Source: Octopus sinensis (lineage: Eukaryota). Taken from it: a stretch of 64,000 bases of DNA. Made by a program: the position numbers and the translations under genes. The stretch spans positions 18,166,001-18,230,000 of the forward strand of contig NC_042999.1 of the NCBI RefSeq assembly GCF_006345805.1. Reading direction: 5' to 3'. Below, piece by piece: positions 12,609 through 25,780 of the stretch. Every line of letters begins with the position of its first letter. Within the stretch, counting starts at the first letter, position 1. The notes under the pieces are model-generated. The model worked only from the letters and a program-made list of their open reading frames with translations. It was not told the DNA's origin and ran no database searches.

Positions 12609-12654
<46 letters not shown>

Positions 12655-13073
12655 CGTGCGTGCGTGTGTCTGCTATGAATCATTTCTATTAATATACGGA
12701 AATACGAGTATTTTACATCTACACGTAACTTATTTGCGGTAAAATCTGAATACAAAATTTATGAGTAATATTAGCAAATTTTCCTTAGCAAAATCTTATC
12801 TCTTACTATATATCTCATCTGTAAACTGTGAGTCTGACAAAAATTAATGTCATAAACGAATTATATGAATAGAATATGAGATATCTAAAAATATTTCGAA
12901 TTTATATATAATTCATCATCTTATCAAAATTAAAGCTTATGAATATATGAAACAAATCTTAGTTTGAATATTAATAAATATATTTAAATTCTGTAATGTT
13001 AATATCATTTAATTTCATATATTATTTATTTTCATATACTCCCGAATTACACATACATACACACACACACACC

Positions 13074-13172
<99 letters not shown>

Positions 13173-13189
13173 TACATACATATAAGTGG

Positions 13190-13690
13190 GATGACCACTA
13201 AGTGGACATACATTATGCTAGAAGTAGACCCTCTATGGTCTTACCACTAGGAAAGGATTGTTCTGAAGAAAATTTAGCCGACTGTCAACAGTTTTTTTCT
13301 AGTCAGCTACAGTGACCACAAGGTAGTTACCTATAAACTGATGGTAGATAAGTTGCATAATCAGGGATCTGGTTACTGGAAACTCCAAACGTCCATTTTG
13401 GTGATTGAGGAATACAGAAAGTAGATCGAGATGTTAATACAGAGGACATTACGGGTACCATCATTAATATCAAACGGTGGTACGCACTAAAAAAGAGCCA
13501 TATAGTATGAGTCTATTAGGTTTAGCATAAGGTTAGCTAAGAAGGGAAGCAGAATAGGATATAGTCTAGTTAAGGAACTAGAAGTCTGGAGGACTGGTAA
13601 TGCGGACTAAGTGAGGGTGAAAGGACTGCAGTTAAACCAGCATTTTGAAGCCTAACACATGGGAAGTGAAGGAATGAAGATCGCTTTACT
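13190..13690 (+). mobile_element. Decayed L1/Tx1-clade LINE ORF2 fragment (end of AP endonuclease and linker)
   Basis: In-frame SYSDHKVV (SDHK at 13311) and GSGYWKLQTSIL (13371), then KRWYALKK and ESIRFSIRLAK across frameshifts and stops. SDH followed by GYWKLN is characteristic of Tx1-type ORF2. Confidence 0.8.
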
Positions 13691-13759
13691 GACCCCTATC
13701 AGCTGTTCTGTCGATTTGTATGTTTGCGCCCCCCCCCCCCGGGGGCAATAGAGAAATTT

Positions 13760-13922
13760 GTATTTCATCTGTCTTTCCGTCATGATTTCAAATTCCACCG
13801 AGGTCGACTTTGCCTTTCATCCTTTCGGAGTCGATAGATTAAGTAACATTTGCGTACGGTGTCGATCTAATCGACTGGCGCCCTCCCCCAACATTCCAGT
13901 CCTTGTACCTAGAGTAGAAATG
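13760..13922 (+). mobile_element. SINE family A copy, head truncated
   Basis: TTTCAAATTCCACCGAGGTCGACTTTGCCTTTCATCCTTTCGGAGTCGATAG core. Confidence 0.8.
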
Positions 13923-13923
13923 A

Positions 13924-14068
13924 ATCTAATCAGTTCGTGCTAGTCACTAGTACATACATCCTTGAAAGTTTCGTTTGAATCCATCCAACGGTTCTTGGGA
14001 TATCTTGTCCATGGTCAAATACACCCGAGTGAAACTGTACCTCCGCCTTTGACAAGGCGGATGTAATA
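13924..14068 (+). mobile_element. 3' fragment of a putative Helentron-associated non-autonomous element
   Basis: Homologous to 40990-41138 (ATCTAATCAG.TCGTGCTAGTCAC...). It ends in a GC hairpin CCGCCTT-tgac-AAGGCGG (14043-14060). Confidence 0.5.
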
Positions 14069-16439
14069 AAATAGAGTTAAACTCTTAGTAATCATGTTAT
14101 AGAACTTCGATGATAGATATTTTATGAGTTGAAAAACTAGTATTAATTGTAAACCATGAATGTAAATGAGTAGATAACACCAAGATTATTTAATTAATAG
14201 ATATATCTTCACATGCTAATATACCCTAAACATAATATTTATGATAATGTTACGTAATTTTCAAAGATTCACATAAATTATGTATACCTCTATGTGTGTT
14301 ATTTCAAATATTTTTAATATTCTCTTTCATTAGTTATTCATTAAGTCATATATATTTATTTTTTGATATCCTTCCATACACTTTAATTTCGTGACTTCAA
14401 CATAATGTGCAAATAATCAGATATTTAATTTGCATAAATTTTACATTTCCATAGATCACATCTTGTACAAATGTGTTACAATCTACCATTTGCCATCAGT
14501 CACGTTTTTTTTCTTTTATTCAGGAAATGATGCTTTGATTAAACAGATTTTTTTCTGAGATACTTACTCAATAATACTTCTGCTTATTTTTTGTCGTAAA
14601 AATTCATGATGTTTAACGATATGTATTTAGAAGGGAGCATCGTAAAATGTGTACATCCTATGATATGAATATATTCTTACCGATTTAATTTTAAAATTTA
14701 ATTTGCGGTAGCTTTTTTTGCAAATAATACTTAAGCAGCCATGTCTATACATACGAATTCACTTTCATTAATTATCTAGGCTACAGTTGCTGAAAACGTC
14801 ATCGGCCATATGCTTACAATGTTGCCGTAAAAATGGGGATACGGATATATCACGTCGATCAAATTAGCACGAACCCTTTGGGTACACCGAGAAGGAAATG
14901 GCTAAATAACATCCATAATGTATGTTGATCAAGTTTATGAATCCAATCAGATAATGTAGTGACGATTGATTCTATATAGTTGATAGATTCTGGCATGACT
15001 CTGTGACGAAACGATCATCCGAAGAGTGAGCGTAGAAAATGAATGGATCGAATAGAGAAAGATGTGCAAGGGATATGATTTAACATTCTCCACCGAAGGG
15101 ACAGAGTAATTTTCGATTTGAATATTTTCTATTTCACATTGTTCTATTGTTATGTGTACCCATAGAAATTGATTCAATTATTGGCATTTATGTTACCATT
15201 TGTTTATCTCACCTACTAACTCAAATGAACAGTGTTAATATTGGAAATAATTTCAAGAGGTATCATCAAATATAAGACAAAATGACATTCAGGGTCATTC
15301 TTTGCAATTATAAAATTTCAATGTAAATTGTTGAATTTTGATTAATAGCACATTTCCATACTACCGTTGAAATGCAAATTCTCTTCCTTTGATATTATAA
15401 TGTTCTCTTCTATTTATTCTGAAACGGTTATTTTATTTCAATATGTAGGTAACATTTATCTTGAACATATAATATCTTCTTGTGATTCAATATATTTTCT
15501 TTGAAATTTCTCTAATTTATATTAAATTTCTATTCTTGGAAACAATGTTTCGTGTTACAAAAATATAATTTGCTTTCGTAGATAAACAGAAAAGAATTTC
15601 AGACGTTGATTACGTATTCAAAAATGTCACAAGGGAATGGATATATATGTTTTGCTTTTTGTTTTTTGTAATTATGTTTACGATGATATTTGTTGCAAGT
15701 TGAACTTTCTTGAAAATATTAACTCACATAGAAATGTAAAAAAAAGTGAACGAAGCAAATGAAGAAATCAAAATATCATTATATCTAACTCTTGAATACT
15801 TTTCAAAAGGAACATGGTTTGTTTTCAAACTTTACTGCTTAATATTTCAAGGCATGCATATGGAATATTCAACATACGTATTTAGGTAAATGTATAAACG
15901 AATTCTCCTAAACAAGTACCTTCATAAAATCGCTCACCTTTCAATTGCAATAATATGGTCGACAATTCGGTAGCGATAAACACTCTGCATCTAAATGACA
16001 TCTACCCTTAAACATTATAGGTACTTACATAAATGTTGACTGTTAATTTTCAGTTCATCTACGCCCCACATGATTTTGCATACACAGAATTACATCGTTA
16101 AACGAGTCCTTACTCTTGTGTAGGAACATTTTTTAAATACTAAACTAGTAACATTTGGAGTCACGGTTCCTAGCTATAAAATGCTCAAATTTGCTAAAGC
16201 GCTGACAGAGGCGGTTCAACATCTTAGAAAAATCTGATACATCGTCGGGAAATCAGAAAACTACTTTGCAAAGCATGAAAACTGCAATAAATGGTGCCAA
16301 ATATATCACAAAGAAAATCATGATTATTTATTTATTTAACCATGATTCAGTGTTGGTTTCAAATATTGACATAAGCTCAGCTATTTCAGGAGAAGTCTAA
16401 GTCTATGAAATCGAACCTTGTGCTCAGCTGGAAGAAATT

Positions 16440-16545
16440 TTGTCAACGCCAAAGGAAAGAAAGTCAAAGTCTGCCTCGGCGGACTTTGAAATCAGTACTG
16501 CAAAGACATGTTCCCGTTTTGCTAACTATTCTGCCGGCTCACTAC
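16440..16545 (-). mobile_element. SINE family A, strongly degenerate
   Basis: AAAGTCTGCCTCGGCGGACTTTGAAATCAG...GCTAAC.ATTCTGCCGGCTCAC is the reverse complement of head and B-box. Confidence 0.55.
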
Positions 16546-17068
16546 CCCAACAAGAGTTAATATTAACAACGCTAGAAAGAGCATATATTTAGCAATGAAT
16601 TGCGATCATTCACCTACGAAGTCTCTGATAATTGACAGCCAAACTTCCTAAATATAAATGTTAACGTCCTCGAGGAAGAATTAAATATAAGTAAAAAAAA
16701 TATAAAAGAAAAAGCAGTACCTATTTTTCCAAACACTCGCTTAGATGTAAAAGTATTCTAGACAAATTTATGAATAACAAATTTAGAATGCTGACACAAA
16801 CATTTTTTCATCACATAGAATATTTTAAACAACCGTAAGTATATGAAAATTTTCTTCATGTTTATAGCATAAAATTCACAAAATTGCTATGAGAAAATGC
16901 AAATCCTTTGAGAGTGGACAAGTGAAGGAAATATCGCATATTGAAAAGTTTTGTCTGCCTATATTTGAATGCATTAGTAACAAAGCTATTTCTGCATTTA
17001 TGGTTATGATTGTACTAGCAACAACAATGGAAAAAATACACACACATATATACATAAATACATACATT

Positions 17069-17103
<35 letters not shown>

Positions 17104-17321
17104 TGAAGGATATGTATGCATGAATTTATGTATAAATTTATCTATCTTCCTATCTTTCTGTATATATGCATATATAAATATATATATGTATATATATATA
17201 GATGTATATATATATATACATATATATATGTATATAATATATATATATATATATGTATACACACATATATATGTGTGTATATATATACGTATATATATAT
17301 GTATATATATATGTATATAAT

Positions 17322-17378
<57 letters not shown>

Positions 17379-18236
17379 GTATACAGAAGAATGAAAACAT
17401 AAATATGGATATACGGTACAGATATATTTAAATATTCATTCTACATATGCTTACTTAGATGACGTAAATATAGATGTGTGTCTATGTGCGCGTGTTTGTG
17501 TGTGTGGGCATACATCTATAAGCAAAATAACAACAGGATTATACATGAGTTTCTATTTCTGTATCCAACAGAGACAGCCCTTTCGCTGTTTATGTGACTT
17601 TATTCAGCATAACTGTTAAAACAGAGATTCAACATCGTATGTAAAAAGAATTTTACTCTCCAAATTTTGACAAATTCTGTAACATTTACATTCCTTCTTT
17701 GAAACCTTTGGTCTTTTTTTACTCATCCATATGATTTTGTCTTATGTGTTATAAGTTTCTTATAGCAGCATCAGACGTTGTCCAGTAATTTATATGTTTT
17801 TCCCCAGCATTAGATTAAAGAAGCGGTATTATATTTGCGTATATTATGTTGAATATTCCTTTGTTCATATTTATATAGCATTTCTGCCTGACTTCCGCCT
17901 GTACTCACACGAGAATTTTTCTCCTCATATTCAGTATAACTACACTTCCCCCACCAAGCACCACTCCACAATCACTATGCTAAGCTGCTATATTCTGAAG
18001 ATTTTCTCTCCTTTGTTTAAAAGCCACAAACGCAACACCACCCCTTTGGATAATTAATGGCTCTGATCTACACTGGACAGAGACCCTGCCTTTATACCTA
18101 TGGCGTTTTTCATGACTTACTGCACAACTTTGCCTTTCCTACTCATTCTACATACCTAAGTAGCTATATATGTATAGGTATATGTGCAAATTTAGTCGTG
18201 AATAAGTAAATGTATACCTCTATATAATTTTATAAT

Positions 18237-18289
<53 letters not shown>

Positions 18290-18305
18290 ATGTACATACA
18301 AGTAC

Positions 18306-18371
<66 letters not shown>

Positions 18372-18420
18372 ACTCTCCTCTAACCATAACCCATGATATA
18401 TATATATATATATGCATATA

Positions 18421-18466
<46 letters not shown>

Positions 18467-18473
18467 CTATATA

Positions 18474-18518
<45 letters not shown>

Positions 18519-18749
18519 ATATATATAATATATATATATATATTTGTATATATATATATAGATATATATATATGAAACACTAAATATATCTATCCCTTAT
18601 TCTATTTCTAAATTGAGTTCCGTAGAATGTTTCATAGCTTGTAGCATTAATAGATTATGACCGTTCTGTCTCCGTTTTCTTTTAACTTTTATTTATATTT
18701 CCACTCAATTGAAGCTCGTCATTCAATTTGGTATAGCTAGTGACTTACA

Positions 18750-18777
18750 ATGATAATGATGATGATGTTGATTATTA

Positions 18778-18833
<56 letters not shown>

Positions 18834-18884
18834 TATTATTATTATTATTATTTTTATTTTTTTTATTTTTATTATCTGTATTAC

Positions 18885-18924
<40 letters not shown>

Positions 18925-18925
18925 A
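18750..18925. repeat. Interrupted (ATT)n microsatellite
   Basis: Directly visible; explains the poly-I/Y/L/N ORFs. Confidence 0.95.
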
Positions 18926-19524
18926 TTATCATAAAATATTTTCCGTTGGTTTCTGCTGCATCGGTGTTCTATTGGCATGATATGGTACCATATGGCATTG
19001 ATATATTTGTCAATGTGTTTTTTTTATATATAAGGATCACAATTGTGTGCATCTTTTAAAACAAGACAAATAAATATTCGCTGTATGATTAGCAATGTAG
19101 AAAATGTGTTCTGATTCCTGTTACAGAAAACATTTGAACTCTAGCTGCGACACATGTACTTACTAAATACAAATGGAGAACAAAAACAGAAGGTCAGCAA
19201 CTCTTTGTCAGTTACTGACCAAATGTGTGACATTATTGATTATACTGATTCCACATTATTGATAATACTGCTTTCAACCTGGAGGAAACTAGCAAGAGAA
19301 CGTGCTGAGAATGCAGACAAAGTATAACAACACAAAAGGAGACAGTAATAAGAAAGGACAAACACTACGGAAATGAAACACGTAATTCGAGACGTGACTG
19401 TTAGTGGACGACCGAGGAACCCAAAATATTCAAATAAATCAGATGTCCGTACGACCAGGCAACGGTGATTAAAAAATAATACTTATACAACAAAAAATGG
19501 TAATATGCATATACAACCCCCATC

Positions 19525-19576
<52 letters not shown>

Positions 19577-19631
19577 GCACACACACACACATACACACAT
19601 ACACATATATATATATCTATATTTATATATA

Positions 19632-19671
<40 letters not shown>

Positions 19672-20776
19672 CTACCAGGGACAAGGCATAGATTTTTTCA
19701 AAACGGCAATATATCAAATAGTTACAACTTAATATTCTTCCTTACTTTTGTGTTCACAGTGTGATGTTCCACTTTTTTAAGCTTATCTCTGAATTCTACA
19801 TAAAATATATAGAACACTTACATAATCAGCATTTCATGGAATGTGTTCCCATATTATTGTATCCTATTTCGAGACTCATAATTTATATTCTAATTTAACA
19901 CCATATATTTTAATTCCCCTAAAGCGTAATTTTTAATATAGTAATCTCAAATTAATTATCAGTTATCATTCTCTTGAAAATGTTTCCTCACTTTGGTTCT
20001 GTATCATTATCATCCGCCTACCTGAAGCCCTCCGTTTTTTCCGCATTTTCATGAAGAATGTGTGACAAAAGAAAGTTGACGAAGCAAGACAAGCATTGAG
20101 ATGGTGTCGATGTAAGTGCATCATTAAATTAAAGAGAAAGGCAACAGTGAATAAAGTACAGAAATACATTGAAAACAATGAACGCATATGTAAAAGTCAT
20201 CTTAAGACATCAAGTACAGACATTTCATGAATAATGAATGTAATCATATACCTTAATGGCAAAATTAATTTTCTCACACAAAATATAATAAGAGAGTCGG
20301 AAACACAATAAACCGAGAGAACAAATATATCAAAGATACAGACATTATTTTTTGATACTGAAATAAATTGCATTACAACGATAGTCACGCAAGATATAAT
20401 TTAAGACATGTGAAATTAGAGCTAAGCGTTGAAAGAGATAACGCTGTGTATAGACGCATGCCTGAACATACACACACAAGTATACATATGCATACATGAA
20501 TATATAGATATAGACACATTGTGGTATATGTAAGCGTGTGTGATTGTATATGCGTAAATATAGACATATGTATAATAAACACTTGCACACACACACATAT
20601 ATATATATACATATATATTTATACATACCCGCAATCATTGTGTCTGTGTATATATATATTTACTGTTAGTAAACACGCTTTCATCAGTTAGCTTGTTCTG
20701 ATCTTGTACATTCATCTGAACTAACCCAATTGTCTAGACCGAATAAGGCAAATTATGAACCAATGCACATACTTCT

Positions 20777-20947
20777 ATGCATTCGTGATGATACATAGAG
20801 CTGTTGGTTACACATTCCACTACAAAATGTAATGTAGTAGCGGATATTAAGCTTATCTTGTATGCAAATAGACACAAGGTGGAATGAAGGGAGATGGGGA
20901 TCGAAAAAAATTCTCAAATAAAAATAAGGTTTTGATACGGTGATCTA
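20777..20947 (+). repeat. Left copy (171 bp) of a direct repeat flanking a SINE
   Basis: ATGCATTCGTGATGATAC...ACGGTGATCTA aligns to 21184-21339 with scattered substitutions and one ~15-bp indel. Confidence 0.9.
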
Positions 20948-21183
20948 TATTTGTTTACTACCCACAAGGAGCTAAACACAGAGGGGACAAACGAGGACAA
21001 ACAAACGGATTAAGTCGATTACATCGACTCCAGTGCGTAAATGGTACTTAATTTATTGACCCCGAAAGGATGAAAGGCAAAGTCGACCTCGGCGGAATTT
21101 GAACTCAGAACGTAGCGACAGAAGAAATACCGCAAAGCATTTCGCCAGGCGTGCTAACGATTCTGCCAGATCGTCGCCTTATA
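20948..21183 (-). mobile_element. SINE family A, full length
   Basis: The minus strand reads AGGCGACGATCTGGCAGAATCGTTAGCACGCC...GAGTTCAAATTCCGCCGAGGTCGAC... through to the same tail as the 2514 unit. Confidence 0.95.
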
Positions 21184-21339
21184 ATGCATTCGTGATGATA
21201 CTAGAGCTGGCGGTTACACATTGCACCACATAATGTAATTTAGTTGCGGATATCACGCTTATCTTGTATACAAATGAAGGGAAATGGTGATTGAAAAATA
21301 TACTCTCAAATAAAAATAAGGTTTAGTTACGGTGATCTA
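21184..21339 (+). repeat. Right copy (156 bp) of the direct repeat flanking the SINE
   Basis: Aligns to 20777-20947 and abuts the SINE head. Confidence 0.9.
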
Positions 21340-21461
21340 AAACACGTAGACACTTTATTTTATATTTCAGTGATATCATTAAAGTCGGACAGTGTTTTCA
21401 CGGGAGCTTGCTATTTTGTAATGATTGGGTCTGGCCAGATTGAAGCAATCCCAAGAATAAT

Positions 21462-21612
21462 CAGCCGAAATTGCGAAGATAATCTAGTGCTTGACTGCAG
21501 AGGGGGAGCTTCGAATGACCCATCCTTGTTTTATTTGTATCGTTTATCTGGATGTTCTGTTGTCCCCTCTTTGTATCACCTAGGTGTCCGGTTGTTTTGC
21601 ATTCTTGTCCCA
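21462..21612 (+). repeat. Unclassified interspersed repeat, second copy at 44756-44880
   Basis: Shared CAGCC.AAATTGC.AAGATAATCT...CGAATGA.CCA.CCTTGTTTT.TTTGTATCGT.T.TCTGGATGTT.TGT...CTTGTC.CAATTT. Confidence 0.7.
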
Positions 21613-21640
21613 ATTTGTAATATATATCTATATCTATATA

Positions 21641-21679
<39 letters not shown>

Positions 21680-22296
21680 ATATATATAATATATATATAT
21701 ATATTATATATATATATATATAGCGGCGTAGTACACTTAGTTATTTATATGTAAGTACACATAAATTATGTATGTATACAGACACACTCATGCGCACACA
21801 CACACAAACACACACAGAAAGTTGCATACACTTACACACATACACAGGCACACATATATGTTTTATAATATACAACATATTTATGTCTATGTGTGGGTGT
21901 TTGAGTATTTAGAGCTGTATCTGAAATTCAAGAGCAGCTATCGTGACGACTGTTGTAAAGCTTCATGGAACATTAAAATGTCACAATGGAATTTCTAATA
22001 ATCACATCAGCTAAAAGTACATGTACGTATTCATCATCCCGAAAATATATGACAATTTTTATCATTGTTATTTTATGCTATACAAGTCGAAACGAACACC
22101 TACAGAGGGACAAATATTTTTCAATAAATGTAATGCATAAAAGGAAGAAATTATTGCAAATATTCAAGAAAAGTATTTTCCGAAATGACTTCTAGTGTAA
22201 TATACGTATTCAAATTTCTTATAGTTGGTTGAAAAAATATAAACTATCCTGAAATATGAAATATATTGTAAAGGTTCTGTCTTGGCATAACATCAG

Positions 22297-22329
<33 letters not shown>

Positions 22330-22331
<2 letters not shown>

Positions 22332-23164
22332 TGATCGATTCACCAAGCCTATTTTATTCAATTTCCTTCTCGCTACCTATGTCTTCTACAAACCACTGTC
22401 AATCGCCATAGGCTGCTCTTGTATTTTCTCAACAGAATCTTTCATTATACTTTCTATTAACCAGTTGCTTAGCGTGAGTCAGGGCTAATGGGCAACTCTT
22501 CCCTCCCTTGTAAAACCAGTCTTCTCTTGTTATACATACATAATGTACTCATCCATGTGCATTCTCACGAACAAGCTGTTTCTGAAACATGTGCAAATTC
22601 GAAGACTACATGTGAGTTCGGACAGAGTCGTCTTTTACTAAACTTTCAACTTAAGAATCCGTGTGGGGAGTAACATCAACCGACTGTAGTACAAAAACAC
22701 TTGCAGTTGTTTGTTAGAGAAATTGGAATATAATCTCGCTGACACAGTACACCGAAAGGGTACACAGCAGTAAAGATGCAGTGAGCCAGAAATTCAGGTC
22801 ATTCATGCTGTTATTTCAAGGAACCCATTATCCGTGACGAGTCATAAATCCGCCATTTTATTGAAGGTCGTACAGATCTGCCATTGTAAAACCAGTTTTA
22901 TCCACATGATCGTATACTGTCTAGGGTGAGGTATACTGCTTGTCCCAGATCAGAATTTCTGCAGATTCAAGAATGTTTATGTGGAGAAATCAAGTTTCGA
23001 ACAGACGATAGCAAGAAAGCTGCCCATTAGCGTCAGCTAAGGGTCCGTATTCGGACATCAGTAGTATGTAAGAAACAACTCCCGGAATTAAAGCAGATAT
23101 ATCACCACCTGCATCCAGCTGACACACTTTTGAACACAGATGTGTATAATATTGCAAATAAGAC
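22330..23164 (-). other. Candidate terminal exon (unverified)
   Basis: Acceptor TCTTTCTTGAATTTTCTGTATTTTGCAG|G at 23165/23164. About 830 bp of complex, less AT-rich sequence follows, with AATAAA at 22353-22358 (minus strand) just before a (TA)n tract. Confidence 0.25.
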
Positions 23165-23970
23165 CTGCAAAATACAGAAAATTCAAGAAAGACGTTGAAA
23201 TTGCATTTAAAGATATAAATTGCCACTCTCGAAATCCTGCAGAGAAAAATAAGAAAGAAAGAAACGCTATGAATATGAAAGCGTTAAAATTGAGTGAGTT
23301 TCCTTGCTAACTGCAAAAATGCATACAAAAGAGGCATCCTCAATCACAAGGATCCACTCATGCCTTCTTTCTGCCAATGCAATTAGACCCAGTTGCTGTA
23401 TTAGATAGTTTCATCCACTACACGACCACACGTATTATTTCTAATATTGCAAAATGGGAATCATTTTTCTAACAAATTGTACACGTAATTTATATCTCTC
23501 GTTCTTGGTATTATAACGGACCCGGTTGTCATATACATACATACATGCACGCATGCTTGCATACATAGTACATTTATATATATAATATATATATATATAT
23601 ATAATAAATATATTTATATATATATTATATTATAATATATAGATGATCATATATATGAATAATAATGATTTAAAATATTATATGCATATAAATATTATAT
23701 AATATATTAATATATATATATATAGAATATAATATATATAATATATATTATATATTATATATATATAATATTATATATATATATATGTTATAATAATTAT
23801 ACATATAATATATATATTTATTATATGATATGATATATAGATATATTATACATACATACATGATATACATACATATATATATATATATATAATATATATA
23901 TATGTATATTATATATATATATATATATTATATATAGATATATATATATATTATATATATATATAATATT

Positions 23971-24465
23971 AATAGTAATGCATACCGGCGTTGCCCGTGT
24001 GTTATGAACCACAGCCATATTGTATTATCTGTTCTTTTCTTACGGGCAGAATCAGCGCATCTGATATATAGTGAAAATTTATTTATTGTTTGTCTAAAAT
24101 TGAAGTGTGCGAGGGGATGGGTACACACGCGCATTCAAAATCTCTTTTTACATATATGGAAGTGTCCATCTCTGTGATTCCCTCTATCCCACATTCCCCA
24201 TGATTCTATCTCTTCCTATCTACTCTCCTTCTCTGATACCAACAAACCTCGTCATACCACATTTTCTCGAACCTAACACTTTTGCACACCTCTCATCTCC
24301 TCACATAATAGCCTAACCCGTGTATCGGGACCGTTATCGATTTCTATTGAAATCTAATTATACGATAATTGAACTGGATGTACACAAAAGTTCGTGAAGA
24401 TTGGTTCCATGGTTTGCGCAACAAGGCGGTAACAGACAGACTTATATAATTGCATTTATATACAA
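23971..24465 (+). mobile_element. Putative DINE-1-like / Helentron-associated non-autonomous element
   Basis: The start TAGTAATGCATACCGGCGTTGCCCGTG and end AAAGTTCGTGAAGATTGGTTCC...ACAGACAGAC...TTTATATA resemble, from recall, the termini of this class. Confidence 0.4.
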
Positions 24466-25167
24466 GAAAAAAGCGCGCACACACACACACACATACACCA
24501 CATATATATGTATGTATATGTACAAACACTCACACATATATATGCATATATGTATATCTTCTGATTTCCCACGGAACCACAGACAATAATAATCATATAC
24601 ATTCACACATACATCCACTTGGAGACACTAAGAAATACTATCAAATTTCTTTGTAGATATTCCATAGTCACTTCATGCTTTTGTAATAATAATTTTCATA
24701 CACAAATCAGTGTATATACCCGCATACATATGCATAATATATATATATATATACACAAATTGAGGGATTGGAGCAGGTAAAAATCCAGACTAGTTATGCT
24801 TCCAAGCTATGAGTAGCTAGTAACTAATAATTAGTCAGCGAGCAGTACTCAGCTAGATACTGTTTATGATGAGGATACCTTAGTTAGATGAAGATTATGT
24901 TATTGTCAAATGATCCTGAGTTTATTTGCATGATTGCGCGAAGCGTACTAAAAGCCTACACCTGGATCATTGGATGTTAAATTACATATATCATTATATA
25001 ATATGTACATTTATATAATATATATATATATATATATTATATATATAGATAATATATATATATACGTATATCGTATATATGTACGGGTGCGTGTGTGTGC
25101 GTATGTGTGGTATGTGTGTGTGTGAGTGGGTGTGTAAATATTTGTGTGTGTGTGATTGTTTGGCTTT

Positions 25168-25377
25168 CTTTTTATTCTTTCATTTGTTTCAGTCATTTGA
25201 CTGCGGCCATACTGCAGCACCGCCTTTGGTCGAGCAAATTGACCCTAGGACATTCTTTGTAAGCTTAGTACTTATTCTATTGGGTTTTCTTGCCGAACCA
25301 CGAAGCGATGGGGATGTAAAGACACCAATATTAGTTGTCAAGCGATGTTGGGGTGCGGTAAAAACACTGACACACAA

Positions 25378-25428
<51 letters not shown>

Positions 25429-25586
25429 CGACAGGCTGCTTTCAGTTTCCGTCTACCAAATCCACTCACCAGGTTTTGGTCGGCCCGAGGCTATAGTAGA
25501 AGACACTTGTCCAAGGTGCCACGTAGTGGGACTGTACCCATGTGGTCGGTAAGCAAGCTACTTACCGCAAAGCCACTTCTGCGCCT
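25168..25586 (-). mobile_element. tRNA-derived SINE family B, full length
   Basis: Reverse complement of the 58931 copy, including the internal (TA)n(TG)n tract and the CAGTCAAATGACTGAAACAA tail. Confidence 0.9.
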
Positions 25587-25609
25587 ATTGTCCTTACCTC
25601 AAGTTATAA

Positions 25610-25780
25610 TTCTTCCAATTTTAAGCACAAGGCCTGAAATGTTGAGCGTTCATCTGGTACTAATTTTATCGACTCCGAAAGGATGAAAGCCAAAGATGAC
25701 ATCGTCGGAATTTTTAACTATGATGGACGAAACGTTGCTAAGCATTTTGTCCGGCGTGCCAGCGATTGTACCAGCTTATG
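25610..25780 (-). mobile_element. SINE family A variant, degenerate
   Basis: CTGGTACTAATTTTATCGACTCCGAAAGGATGAAAGCCAAAG...GCTAAGCATTTTGTCCGGCGTGC. Confidence 0.75.

Noticed and set aside
13729-13745. C12 followed by G5, and the G-rich tract at 34916-34953, as G-quadruplex or regulatory elements
   Set aside because: The first is a homopolymer at a repeat junction. The second has a ~20-nt loop and derives from (TG)n decay.
20003-20110. IRLPEALRFF...KKVDEARQALRWCR resembles the sugar-transporter PESPR...EAR..L..LR motif
   Set aside because: An in-frame TGA interrupts it, there is no convincing acceptor, and no other transporter segments are nearby.
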